DNA from: Phaeosaccion multiseriatum | Lineage: Eukaryota; Protista; Ochrophyta, other classes | DNA length: 64,000 nt | Assembly: GCA_965112735.1 (NCBI GenBank) | Contig: OZ218953.1 | Coordinates: 682,001-746,000, forward strand | Reading direction: 5' to 3' | Shown: positions 28,301 to 41,795 of the stretch, one piece after another | Layout: every line of letters starts with the position of its first letter | How positions within the stretch are numbered: position 1 is the stretch's first letter | The notes under the pieces: model-generated | What the model saw: only the letters and a program-made list of their open reading frames with translations | The model's database searches: none | What the model was told of the DNA's origin: nothing | Made by a program: the position numbers and the translations under genes

Positions 28301-30061
28301 CGCCATCCTTCTCCTTCCCAGGCGGGGCTGCCACCGCACGGACGAACACCTTCCCCCCCGCTCCTCCTCGTTGTACACTCACTCCGCTTGCTGCACCTGC
28401 TGCTGTATCACCAACCGCTGCTGATGAGCCGCCCCGTGCCTCCTGCGACTCAGTGGTGGCTCCCTTCTCCTCCCCGTCGCTGCTCACTGCGTCGCCCTTT
28501 GCATGATCACTGCTACCCGAGGGAGGTGGCCCAGCCGCCACCCACCCTGGTGCGCCTCCACTGTCGCTACTCCCTCTGCTGCTGTTGCTGCTGTTGCTCG
28601 TGAGTGACTTGGGGACTGCAAACGCAGAGTACTCCTCGCGCTGCGAAGGTGCCTGTTGGTGGGTTGGTGATACAGGGTCAACGACAGCGTGCGGTGCATC
28701 ACCCCGCGCGTACTTGATGGATGGGTTATGCGTGAGTGTGCGCTTGCGGGACTGGCGCACGCCTATTGCTCAATGACAGGAGAGTGGTTGAAAGGAAAGT
28801 CAAGGCTGCATCACAACACCACACTATACACGCACGCCACATCAACCAACCAATTATCTAAAACGGACACCACATCACTTACAGATTCCTGTAGGGCGTT
28901 CACAAGCACGGTACAGAAGAGATCCTGCGGCACAGGCTCTGAGCACCCCAAGAGCAGCGAGCAAAGCCAGTAGGGATCCGTTCCCATGTGATCGAGCAGC
29001 CAGAGGGCAAAGTCACGCTCTTCCCTGACACGGCTCGCAATGTACTTTATGAACCTTCAGAAACAGATGGAAAGGGGGAAGGTACACACGCAGTGCCAGG
29101 GTGAGAACGTACAGACGCAAGACCAAGGAGGGAGGGAGGGAGGGAGGGAGGGAGGGAGGGACGCAGTGTGGAGGTTTGTGCTCGGCGTTCAGGAAGTTCA
29201 CTCTCCGAGGGTTACGAAAGAGGACTCACATTACACCGTAATTTTTTTGCCCTCGGTCTCTCTCGAGAAGGCCAAAGGTGAGGTGGGCCAGCCCCTTGAG
29301 ATACATTAGTTGCATGTCCTATCATATCAAGCAAGGGCAAGGGGACAGCAACGGCAACGGCAAGGACAAGGGCAAGAGTAGGGGGGGGGCAGAGAAGGCA
29401 AGATGAGCATGTGAGCAAAAGGGCAGGACAGGCGGAGGGGGGCAGGGAAAGCCAAAGGAGGAGGTGAAACGACAAAGCATGTAACTTCCTGAATGCCGGG
29501 GGGCGCAATGTCCAGAACCCCAACCCTCCTTTCACACGTCCACCACTACCACATTGAAGCACCACTCTGAGGCGGCCAGCTCGTTGTGTGGAAACGAAGG
29601 GCATCGGGACCTGATCTGTTCTGATTTGAGACGCTCACTGATTCTCACCATATCGTCGGATTCGCCGCTCAAGGCCCTCACGAGCTCATCGCTGTTGCCT
29701 TTGCTTGTGTCCAGTGCATCAGCCGCCTTGCCGTGGCTGTCGCGACTGCCACTGCCACCGCCACTGCCACCGCCCACGCCCTTCGTCCTCCTCTTCCTCT
29801 TCCTCCTACTCTTCCTCCTGCCGCTGCCTGGTACTACCCTGGTGGCCGGGACGGACAGTTCCCGGACCCATCCAAGGTAGTCCTCTGCCAGCAGATTCAC
29901 ATCCCCCTGAAGCTGCGCATTCTCTGACCAGCAGCTGTACAGCACGTGGGGTGGGACTAGACTCATGGTGTCAGGACCGCTGTCCATCCGACCGCCTCTG
30001 CGCTTGCTGCTGGCGCTCTGTAGGCTCTGTACACCGCCAGCGCTTGCTCCATTCTGCTCTT

Positions 30062-30101
<40 letters not shown>

Positions 30102-33100
30102 GAGGCTCCACTGGGGCTCCCAGCGGGGGGCCTTCTCTCGCGGCCCAGAGCTCTCACCACCACACGCAGACATGCCTGCACCGCTCCCCTCCCCCCCTTT
30201 GTCGTCATCTTCATCGCCCACATCCACCACGCACGCCCTCTCATAGATGAGAATGTAGGCAGAGTAGGGTTTGTCGGCTTGAGAGGGGGGGCTGGTTGTG
30301 GAGGAGGCAGAGGAAGGAGTAGCAGCAGCAGCAGCAGCAGGAGGAGGGGGGGGCGAAGGAGGAGAAGGAGGAGAAGAAGTAGAGCCACGCGAAGGCGAAG
30401 CGGCGTAAGGGCCACCGAAGCACTTGTCGCCGATGTTCCGTGGGTCGAAGGCCTCCACCACTGCGTCGTTGAACCACAGCCATTGCTCTTCTTCTGCCGC
30501 TCTTGCCGGAGTGGTGCCTGCTGCTGCGCCCTTTCCGTCTCGCTCCTACTCGTGTGCAGATGCACGCATACAAACACACGCAGACGAGCAGTTCAGGGGG
30601 GGCTTCCTTCCGCTACCAATTTTATTTTCACCTCCCTCACCTTGATGTAACTGTAGTAGTGGCCGGAGTCAGCGGTGCCTGTGTGCACCACCACGCCTGC
30701 CAAGGTGTAGCTGTAGTAGGAATCGGGCCACTGCTTAGCCTCTTGCTGCTGCTGCTGCTGCTGCTGCTGCGCCTGCTGTTGCTGCTGCTGGTCCTGCTGC
30801 TGCTGATACTCCCTGGTGTAGGGCCGCATGTCCAAACTCTCTGGAAACATGCAGTAGTCGTTGACCTTGACCTTCTTCATCCTGTCCATGTCAAACTCAA
30901 ACCTCTTGAGGTGGAGGATGAGAACGTTGGGCAGGTGCTCGATGCAAGCCCGCTTACGCGTGGTTCGCTTGCAATCGCACATGCTACACAGGGGGGGGGC
31001 GGGGGCGGGGGCGATACGCACGGAATGGGCGGAGTGAGAATTACGTCAGAGAGGGACTTGAGACTATGGGAGAGGGCAGGATCTCGTGTAAAGTACTGCT
31101 CGTCCACAAGTTCCCCTCCCCCGCTGCCCCGTCACCAACCTGCAATGGAACTTGTTGTCTCCCTCCAGCAGCTCCCCCTCCGTGTACAGAGAGAGCGACT
31201 CTGCAATGCTGCGCTTGTGCTTCACCTCTAACGACAACACAAAAAAGTTCTCCAGCTTCTCGCTCAGGTGCATGCAAGCCCCTGTCTCCACCCCCTGCAA
31301 CTGATTGCTGAGCCGACCCCCAAACACCTCCCTAAGCAAGCGCCCCTGGGGCAGACCGAGCAGGGATGACTCCAAGTGACCGACAAAGCCGCTCAGAAAC
31401 TCGTCCGCGTCCTGCAGGGTTTGTTTAGCAGCACCACGCAGTTGCAGCAGCAGAGTGCGGATCGATCAGAGGCGGGTCGGAATCGGAAGGAGGATGGGAG
31501 ACGAGAGGAGGGGAAGCGAGAGGGTTGTGTGTGATGGGGGTGTGAAAGAAAGGGAAGACGACACACACTAGGCGCCGCCGGGGGCACGACAGGCAGGTAG
31601 GCACGCGACTTGGCGGGCAGGCAGATTGGGTGCTGCGTACGTGTGCCTCACACGTGTTACAACAAAACATGACATACGATGCCGACCACACGGCCCATAC
31701 ATACATAAGGGTGCGTAAGGATACGGACCTGTTGCTCCATGGGGTTGACCGGCAAGCCCGCAATGTCTTTGTAGGCCCGGCACACGCCCGAGGTGTCCAC
31801 AAAGCGGCGGTCTGACTCCTCCAAATAGCCAAACAGCACCTGCACCTGATACAGGAGGTTCTCATCGGGAGGCGGGGGAGGGACTAGCACAACAGCTCCT
31901 CCTCCTCCTGCGCCGCCACCAACGCCGCCGCCACCACCACCACCACCACTTGCTCCTCCGCCGCTTGTTGTGGAGGGGGCAGGGGGGCGCCAGGCCAGGG
32001 CATCGCAGGTGAGCAGCCCGTGCTTGATGGGGAAGATCATGAAGAACTGCTGGAGAAGGCTGTGGTAAAAGGAGAAAAGAGGAAGAGAGAGTGTGTGTGG
32101 GGAAGGGGGGGGGGCGAGCGAGCGAAAGGGGTGTCAGTCCGTCAACGTCCATCCGTCCGTCCGTTCGTCAAACAACGACAACTCTCTCGCTTCATGCCTG
32201 ACACGCACCTATTCATGTAGCAGGTGGCCCCGAGGTTGCGAAGGCCCACATAGCCGGTGCGGCTACGCTCGAGTTGCTGGGGCTGGTACGCCCATCCTTT
32301 CCGCTCCGGCATGATACTCGGTGTGGGCTTGAGCTTGGAAGAAAGCAGACCGCTCTTGGCGCTGCTCGGCACGACAACCACTAGCTCGGAAACCGCTTGC
32401 CCGCCCAGACCCACGTCCACGCCTCCTCCTCCTCCTCCTCCTCCTCTTGGCACCCCTACGTCCCCTCCAGTCCCTGCAGTCTCAGTTCCAGTGAGCAGTC
32501 TGCCAGCTCGCCGGCGGTGCTGCTCGGCCATGAGGGCAACAACCGCCACCCCGTTGTCTCTGCTCCCCTCCACCAGGGTGGCGAGGAGCTTCAAGGCCGC
32601 TGCACGCGAGCGTGGCGTTTTGCATTGCGGCGCCGAGGAGAAGCGCAGACGTAAACGTGATGCTTCCTGCGCCTCGAGTGCAGCCTGTGCCTGTGGCACT
32701 GCATTTGCATGTGGCACTGCGTGTGCCAACACCTTGACAGGCTGGTCGAAGATGCAGGAGTGGAAGAGATGCCTCACCAACCCCCCGTCCACTTGCTGCT
32801 CGGCGCCGCCGCCGCCGCCGCCGCCAGCTGCAGCAGCTCTTACCCCCCTCCCTTGCTCTTGCTCGGAGCCTGCCACCGCCCTTCTCCTCTTCCTCGTCCC
32901 CTCCTCTGGTCCGTCTTGGTCGCCCTCTTGCCCTCCCTCGGGTGCCATCTCCCCGTCCGTCTCCCTCGCCTTGTATTTGCAGCCCCACCGCAGGCCCAGA
33001 TCGGCCCTTTCCTCTGCCGAAAGCCTCGCCGCCACTGTGCAGGTGAGCCGCAGCAGACCCGTTAGGTACTCGTCCACACCGAAGGGCATGTTGCGAGCCT

Positions 33101-36100
33101 CGCAAGACTGGTGGGAGCGAATGCGTCGCGATAGCCAGGCGCCAATCCGCAGCGACGAGGAGCCCTCCTCATCGAGGTCCAGCATCTCCCCAACGCCCAT
33201 GTGCCTGCAGATAAAGTCCCAGTCCAGGTTGTTCCCGGAGTGCTCCATGACCGTTTCGATGAGGGAAAAGAAGTCGTTGCACTGCTGAGCGACAGGAGCC
33301 TTGGCACAGTGCGGCACCAGCCGAAGGAGCGTAACGAGCAAGACGTTGGTGAGAGGGAGGCCCAAGGTAGGTTCGGCAGCCCCATGCTGCTGCGGCTGTT
33401 TTGCTGGTTGTAGCTCTGCCACCACCACCTCTCGCAGGCACCTGAGGACAGTTTGCGATTGTACGATGGACAAAGTAAAGTCCCAGGAGAGAGGAGAGGC
33501 ACAACAATGGTCATACAACTTGCTCGTCCCCCGCCCCGCCCTTTCAATCACGCACTCACCTTTCACAGTAGCTCCGAAGCGCAGGCGACGGCAGCGCAAT
33601 CACTGCTTCAAAAATAGCGCCCGAGAGAGACCCAACTCTACTGCCGTGCCGTGCCTGTTGCTCTTGCGCCCCTCCTCCACCTCCACCACCCCTTTTGGTC
33701 TTGCTCCCGCCCTCCGCGAAGGAAGAAGACAGAACAGCCAGTAGGGTGTTATCAGTACCTGCCCCCTGTGTAGGCTCGTCCTTGGGGAAGATCATGAGCA
33801 CAGCACACACGAGACGCACGGCCGCCTCGACCACGCCCCGTGCTTCATCCACGGGTCGGAAGATGCCGTCCTCTTTACTCTCGCCTCCCCTGCTTGTCGC
33901 TTCCGACTCTCCCCTGCTGCTGCTGGTGGTGGTGGTGGTAATGCTTTCCTGTCGCAGCTTCCTCTGGCAAAGCCGACTGTAGCAGGCAGCAGCAGCCTCG
34001 AGAATGCCAATGGCCCCCAGGCACAGACGTGTCGAGAGCCCCCCCCCCTGCTGCTGCACCCAGCCTGCAGTCACAAAGTCGTGAAGCGCGTGAAGCAGCA
34101 CGTGCAAGCAGTGCAAAGACATGCCATTCGCCTCGAGCAGGACATGGGATGGTCGCTCCTTGGCCCCCCTCCGCGTCCTTGTGTGCTGCTGATTAAGTGC
34201 TCGGCCGACCCCGTTGACGGCCTCTTCGCCTTCTTCTTGCCACGTGCCCCAGTTTCCCTCGCTCTCCTCCTCCTCCTCCTCTTGCTCCACCAAACTCTCT
34301 TCTTCCTGCTCAATGTCATGTACAAAGGCCATGAGGAGGTTACATTGCGACTCAACCAGGGACACGAGACAATCGAGTCCCTTGGCGTCAACAAACCTCC
34401 TCTGCCACACTTTGCCCGCCTTCTCCAGGTGTCTCTCCGTCACCGTAGAGGAGGGGGGCTGGTGGTCACTACCCTCGCCCGTCTCCTGCTCGACTGAGGC
34501 AGAGCCAGCGGTGTGACTGTCCACTGCTGCAGGCCTAACGTCCTTTGACCTCCCAAAATTGGCCTCTCTGTCCTCCTCTCCCTCCTCCTCCTCCTCCGCC
34601 TCCATCACTTCGTCCTGCATGAGTGCCACCATGATGCGTAGCGAGTAGAGCAAGCGCCCACTACATTGCTGGCGAATCTCCCTGAAAAACGCCTCGATTC
34701 CTGCTGGTGCGCCCCCCGAATACGCAGTCACCTGGTCACTGCCGTCTGTGAAGAAAGCACCTCCCTCCACCTCCATGTCCCCTCCATGCCCACCGCTGCC
34801 GCCCTCCTCCCCCTCCTCCTCCTGCTCCTCGTGCTCCTCCTGCTCCTCGTGCTCCGCCTCCGCCTGCTGGACTTGCTGGTGCTGGTGGCTTTCGTGGCTG
34901 CCCAGGGCCCGGAGTGCTTCCAACTGGCCTTGGTCAGTCGGCATTTGCATCAGGAGCCCCCACACCTTTTCCCCCAGCTGCTGCTGCTCCTCCTGTTGGT
35001 GGTGGTGGTGGTGGAGCTGCTGCTGGAGCTGCTGCTGGTGCCGCGGCGGGTGATGGTTGTGGTAGCCCTTCGCTCCTCTACTAGAGGTTGCGAACGTGAT
35101 GCCGCCGCCACCGCCGCTGCTGCTACTCCTGTCGCTGCTGCCATTGCTGGCCGGACTCGCGTTTGGGCCACATCCATCCGTCCAGCCGTCCTGTCTTGCG
35201 AGAAGCCCGAACAAAGTCTCAAAATGCTGCTGCTTGTTCAGCTCCTGCAGAGACACTTTCAGTGCCTCCACTTCCGGGTGAACAAAGGGTGTCGGATTGT
35301 CTTGTTCTTGCTCCGGGGGCGAGTGTCCTACTGCTGCTGCTGCTGCTGGTGGTGGTGGTTGCGGTGCTGTTGTTGGTCTTGATGCTGACTCTTGCTCCGC
35401 ATTCTGTGTTTTTGGAGAGAAGAAAAGGTGAGTGATACGCTTCAAAAACTCCGACAGACAAAGAAAGAGGACAACAACATGACGTACCGCTGCCGCAGCC
35501 GCCGCTGAGGAGAAGCTCACAGTCACCACCTGCCCTGTGCGTCTTCCTCTTCCAGCGAGGTTAAAGGCCGAGAGCTGGACCCCGTCGCTGGCGCTCACAA
35601 TCTCCTTCCCCTGGGTGAGCAGTCGAGGCTGAGGGGGAGAGAGCCTCACCAAGCGTGCCGCAATGGCCCGGTGCTTGTACACGTGGGTGGCGAGGTGGAG
35701 GCGAAGATCGCTCACCGTGTGGCAATCCGCGGGAATCTCAATCTCCCCCTGCCAGCTGCGAATGCCTACGCCCCCGACGTGTACCATCATCGATCTTGCC
35801 CCACCGCCATCGCCTTCCTCACTCCGGCCATGACCCTTGTCACCACCAAGGCTTCTCCTCCCCAGCTGCTGCTCGTCGCGGTGACCTCCCGACACCGAAG
35901 AAGCCCTGCCATCAGGTGCCATCTGCCGCTGCACACCTCCGGCCGACCTCGACACGTCCTCCCCCCCTGTGGCCTTGGTGATGGTGTCGAAGTTATGGTA
36001 GCACGGCACGACGGCCCCCAGAGAGTCCAAGCGACTGCGAATCGCAGCCGTGCAGGAGCCTAAGAGCCGCAAGCAGCGAATGGTCCGAGCTGACTCGCTC

Positions 36101-36130
36101 ACCCCCTCGTCTCCCGATCCTGCTTCTGCC

Positions 36131-36171
<41 letters not shown>

Positions 36172-39100
36172 GGCTGCGAAGTCCTCTGACCCTGACCCTG
36201 GCCCGGAGGAGCCGTCGTCTTCGGCTACAGAAGTGACGAGCTCCTTCATACACCTGGCCAAGAAGGCCGCCCGCTTCTTGCCCACCTGCGTCCAGCCCCA
36301 GCCCCCCCCTCCTCCTGGCTGCTGCTCTTCCCCGTTGCCGTCCTTCTCGCGTTCGCCTTGCCCTCCTCCTCCTCCTCCTCCTCCTCCTTTGGACTCGGCC
36401 GCCTCAGGCCGCACAGCAATGAGAATCATTCCGTCGAACATGCAGATCTTGCTCAGCTGCGCGATGGCCTCTGCAGAAACCCACTGAGTAGAAGTAAAGG
36501 AGGGACAGTCAGCAGCTTGTTGAGGAGGGACGACGTGGGAAGGCCCCGTCGTCGCGGCCTCTCATTACATGCTCTCATCACGCCTATATATACAACACCA
36601 ACACCCACTCACCGTTGCCTCCGCCTCCAAGGCGATTTGCCACAAGGCGTCCACGCCAAGGATGTCTAAGGATTCGAAGATGAGGCTCGAGCTCACAGAG
36701 GCAGGAGGGGGGAGCACGTCTTCCACAGCAGAAGATGCCTCGCGCTCCGTCAATGATGGGGGGGGGTGGATGGTAGTCGTACAGGAGGCAGTATCAGTAG
36801 CCAAGTCGACCGTGGAGACTGTGCAGGCGGAGCCAGTAGAAGCAGTTGGTGATACGGCAGCAGCGGTGGTAGGAGTAGCAGTAGCTGCGGCAGTTGGTGG
36901 TACGGGTACAGGCACGACGAGCTTGCCGGCGTCAATGTTCGCGGCGGTCAAGGTGGCCATGAAGAGGCGAAAGGCCTCGGGCAAGAGCCGCTTGAGGGAG
37001 AAGTCTTCCAAAAACACCTCCCCGAGGAGGCCCTCGTCCTCCAGAGCTCGCTGCTCAGTGCCATCATTGTCGTCGTCTGCTGCTTCAATCGCTGCCGCGG
37101 CACTTCCGTGTCGCCCTTTTGGTTGGTCGTTGGAACGATATGGGAGGGAGAGGGGCTGGGGGTTTGGTGGTGCTACAGCAATACGACCAACGAGTGACAC
37201 ACGCGTCTGAAGAGCCAGCTCCCTCCCTCCCTCCCTCCTGCGAGACACACCTTGAGCACACATGAGGCGGAAGAAGCGCGGGGCGATAGACATCCACGCC
37301 CGAGGGGCCTGCTCCCGGAGCGCGAGGAGGAGGTGGAAGTTGTGCTCCTGCTCCCTGCGAGTCAGGGCCGAACTCACGGCAACGAACCACAGCCGATCCA
37401 CCTTGTTTGTGTGGGAGAGGGAGGAAAGCACAGATATGCCGCGGCGGGGGGTGGGAGGGTGCAAGGAAGGGCGCTCGCGCTTCTCGTTGGGGACAGTCTA
37501 GCTGGCTCGAGCAGCTCGCAGTGAAGCGCCCCCCCCCCCCCATGAATGTTGAACACGCACCTGTTCGGCGGGGATGGCTCGGTTCTGCAGCTCCAAGAGG
37601 CGCAAGAGCAGCTCCCTCCTATGTGCCATGGCCTCACTGTGCGTGTAGAGGCCACCCACAAGCACGGTGTGGTCAACCCCCAAATCGGCCTTCCAGGCAT
37701 CCGCGGTGGCCCTCTCTCCAGACAACACAGGGCTTCTACTTCTACTGCCATCCTCACCACCACCACCTCCGTTGCTGCCGCTGCTGGCAGAAGAGTCGGC
37801 ACCAGCACCATGGCGCCGCTTGTGCCTGTACTTGTCCCCCAGTGCCTTGACGGCCTTGCGTTTGTACTGCAGCATGTTGTCGAGGACAAGCTCCAGCAAG
37901 GGGGGATTCTCGGCCAGGCACGCCGCATCCGTCACCACCACTCTCTTACGCTTCTTGGTCTTGGTGCCACTAGTCCGGCTACTGCTGCCGCTGTGACTGC
38001 TTCCTCCTCGCCGCATCGCCGTGGTGATGTCTGTACCGTGCGTGGGAAGAGTTTCGCTGCAGCTCATGTCCTGCTGGTCCCTGCTGTCGATGTACATGCC
38101 TTCTCTTCCGTCCGCTGCACCCTCACCGGCTGCTGCTGCTGCTGCTGCTGCTGCGGCTGCTTCATCGGCCCCATCCACAGACTCCTGCCATTCCACGATG
38201 GTCTCAAGGGGGTGACTTTTGAGGGAGGAGAAGACCCTTTGAATGAGTCGGATAGGCTGTCGTGTAACATCATCAGACAAAAGGATGGACGAAAGTCAGT
38301 AGATACTTGGAGATTGATAATGCAGAGGGTGACTGTCGACTGACTCTTCTTCACTTACCGCAACGTCGGCCTCTCCCGTCCGTACGGCCTGCACGCAGGT
38401 CTGCATGAGCGCGAGCTTGAAGCTGGTCCCGCTTGGGCCCGCCATTTGCTCACACACCTCTCCCAGGCAGTCCACTGCCATCTCGTGCAAGTGGCGAAGG
38501 AGGTCGTTGGTCCTGCCGGTACTACTACCACCGCCGGTACCGTCGCTGCCGAGAGCAGCAGCAGCCTTCCCAGAGGCGGACACAGGCACAGGCGGCAAGG
38601 AGGTAGGATCGTCTTGCCGTAACTGTATGATCCTCCACAAAATGTCGGCACCGAGAAAGTGCGACAGCGGCGGTGGGTCGAGGGGGGAGCCCACGTGCAG
38701 CGGGCTGGCCGCGGCGAAGATGAGGCACTGAGGAGGAGGGGGGGGGGAGGGGAGGAGGTTTAACGTGCTTACATGGACAGCTGAGGCACGGTGTGCAATG
38801 CAAGAGAGTTGTGTGCTCTCTCACCTTGAGAAGGCCCAGCGTGTGCCCATCCACGCTCTCCAGCGGCACTTTGTCGAGCAGCCCGTGCAGGAGCTGCAGC
38901 TGCCCCACAGCCAACAGAGGGGCCACCGCGCCTGTTTGATTGTTGAGCACAACATGGGGTCAGCATATCTTTACACGGATTTGACCCATTTTCACTCGAC
39001 TTACCCAACACAGCGAATATACCGTGGCGAATGCTCTCGTGCGAGGAGTGGCCTATGGTCTGCCACATGAGGCTTAGGTGCGAATCTTGAAGGAGGCCAA

Positions 39101-41256
39101 GGGCAGCCAGGAACTTGGGCACCGCCGCACAGCGCTGAGAGAGAGAGAGAGAGGTTAAAAAGGAAGCAACAGAGAAATTTGATGGGCAAAACAAACGCGA
39201 CACGTACCTTTAAGACCTCGACGTGCAGGTACTCGGGCGAGAAGAGCGTCTCTACCACCTCGCGCCGAAGGATCATTCTACCAAGCCGAGACGCGACGCC
39301 ATCACTGCTGCTGCTGCTGCTGCTGCTGCCCATTTGTTGCTCTTCCTGTCCGGCCGCGTGAGACCTGAAGTCCGTTGGGCCCTCTGCTGCCATCCCGCCG
39401 CCTCTGTTGGTTGTTCGCATCAAGGGGAGGGATTTTGATTGGCTGGGCTCGGGCAATGTTCGTCCATTGTTCCGCACACGCACCTGTCTGCTGCTGACGC
39501 TGCTTCTCCACTATCTGTCCTCCGGCGCTTCAGCGCACTGCCCCCCTTGCCCGATGACGATGGTGACGACGACGGGTGGCTGCCTCGCTGCTCCTGCTCC
39601 TGCACGCACTCAATGCAGCGGTTCAGCTCTCGGAGGCCCGAGACTCGCAGGGGGAGGGTGGGGCACTCGAGACATCGCATCGCCAGCTTGAAGGCCATAT
39701 CCATCTGTGATTCAGTGGATGGGGTGTCATTGAAGGAGGGAGGGAGGGAGGGAGGGAGGGAGGGAGCATAGTGAGGGGAGGCGAAGGGGACCAAGTGGGA
39801 GAGGGAGAGGCCGACCGACCTGAGTGTTGGTGTGGGAGCCAGTGCCCCCGCTCGCGTGGTGGACGATGGCCGACAAGAGAGTGACGCTGTGGAAGAGCAT
39901 GTCCACATCCACGACTCGCAAATCGGCATCTGTGAGCCCCTCTAGATAGGCCCGCAGGCCCTCCTGTAGGTCCGTGACAAGGGCAGGGACGTGTTGGAGC
40001 TGCAGGACCTTGAGCACTTGGCCGAGGAGGAGCACCACGGCCTTGACGAAGCGCGAGGAGAGCAGGGGGAGGTGCTGCTGCTGTTGCTGCTTGAGCCTGT
40101 CGATGAGCACCTTGGGACCTGAGAGGCCCATGAGGGTGTTGATGGTGGCCAGCATGTAGTCACTGGGGGGTGATTGGGGGGGGGGGGTGAATGAAGGGTT
40201 ATTACGGTAAGTGTGTGAAGAAATTTCACGTCTCTCTGCCACTCACAAGGTGCTGAAGACCTCCGTCCTGCCCATATACTCCACCCTCTGCATGTCAATG
40301 AAGCCTCCTTCCGCGGGCGCCCTTCCTGCCCCCTCCGGCGCCTCTCCCACGGATGCGTAAAGCGAAGCCCCCCAGGGCACAACCACAATTGGGCCCTTGC
40401 CGAAGCTCTGCTGCAGTGCCATGAGACCGTCTGCCGCTGCTGTCTGCTGCTGGTGAGCCACGTCGGCCAAGCCTACGTCTGCTTTACATTTGGGGGGGGG
40501 GGGGGGGGGGGCACACAGGGGTAGGGGTCAAGAGGAGGAGCGTACGGTTGGACCCGTCCTGCTCCGTCGCACCTTGCCAGAAATTCGACGGAGCGAAGGC
40601 GTCGTGCTGTGGAGGCTCCGCTGAGCAGCCGTAGAGCAGCAGCAGCTCTTGCAGTAGGGCACTGCAGTCCCTCGCCTGAATCGGGACAAGGGGCAAGCGC
40701 GCGGGGGTCAGCACCTTTCGCCGACAAAACCCCTCGGCCCCTCGGCCCAAAAGCACAAAAAAGACTCACCCCCTTTACGTATCGAATGGCGAACTCGACC
40801 ACCCGCTGCAGGAAGAAAAAGACCTCGCTCTCGTCGTCAGCGGCCCGGTGCCGCCGCTGGAGGAGGATGGACACGGCGCTATCGAGGGGGCAAGAGAAAA
40901 GCAGCAGCAGCGAGGTCGGAGGGAAGGAGCTGCTGTAAGGCGAGTGCACGGGGTGGGCTATGAGTCCGAGGAGCCTAATCTCAAGTAATACCATACCTCG
41001 GGAGGACGTGGTTGACAAAGACCAACTGCGCCGCCTCGACCTCGAAGCTGCCAAAGGTGGCCGCCACCATGCAGCTCTCCAGCGCCTCCAGCGTCGGACC
41101 CAGCACCCTGGATAGCCTCAGGGCGGAGAGCCACTGATCCGCGGCGTGCTGGAGCGTGGTAACATCAAGCAGGTGCGGCAGCATCATCAGGCCTCCGGAG
41201 TCCTCAAAGTCCTCGTCGTCCACCCCTCCTTCCATCATGGCTGCCATCCCTTGCAT
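19160..41256 (-). CDS. Very large ubiquitin-specific protease (peptidase C19) of the USP9X/USP24/USP34 group, multi-exon
   Basis: Cys box GYVGLRNLGATCYMN (~32212-32256), QQDADEF (~31395-31415 after splicing), LPNVLILHLKRFEFD, His box YTLAGVVVHTGTADSGHYYSYIK (~30642-30710), WFNDAVV and YSAYILIYER (~30240-30480). Long N-terminal helical region (LECPTLPLRVSGLRELN). The last exon ends at the stop at 19160. The 5' start (~41256 or 41238) is uncertain. Confidence 0.88.
22804..22882. repeat. (CAA)n microsatellite in a USP intron
   Basis: Perfect caa run of about 26 units. Confidence 0.95.
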
Positions 41257-41795
41257 GCTTGTTTCCCCGTCAGCCCCCCCTCCCTGCTTCCCCCTGCTGC
41301 GGTGCAAAGGGAGGAGCCAGGGAAGGGGGAGCTGTATCCTTCCGGGGGAAGCAGCAGAATCAAAATCAAGGAGAAGGAGAAAAAGCGCTCCCCCTCTTGC
41401 CGAATGCGTGCCAAGTATAACCACACTCTACCCGCGCCCGTCACCAGCCATGTCACTGTCCTTTCAACACAATAGGGCTGAAGGTTCCCTTCTTTTGTGT
41501 TTTCCCCCTTCTCTCGCTCCCCCCTATTGTATCGTAGACAAATTGGTACTCTATCTATCCCGAGGGGGCCTTTCGCCTTTCGCATTTCCTCCTTGCTTGG
41601 CCAGCTCCAGTTTTGATTTTGACTAGATTATCCGCAGAGCGTGCGCGAGATCAACCAGTGAGTGAGTGGAGGGGACCTCCCCAGGAGTCGTGTGTACGAA
41701 GGAAAGGGCGAACAAAGCGTTTCTTCTCCTTTTCTTTGCTGATACGCCCTCCCTCCCTCTCCACCGTCTTGTCTGTCTGCACAGTGTCCGCCACA

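Noticed and set aside
32257-38343. Long plus-strand ORFs antisense to USP exons
   Set aside because: Shadow ORFs of GC-rich coding sequence with no independent domain signal.
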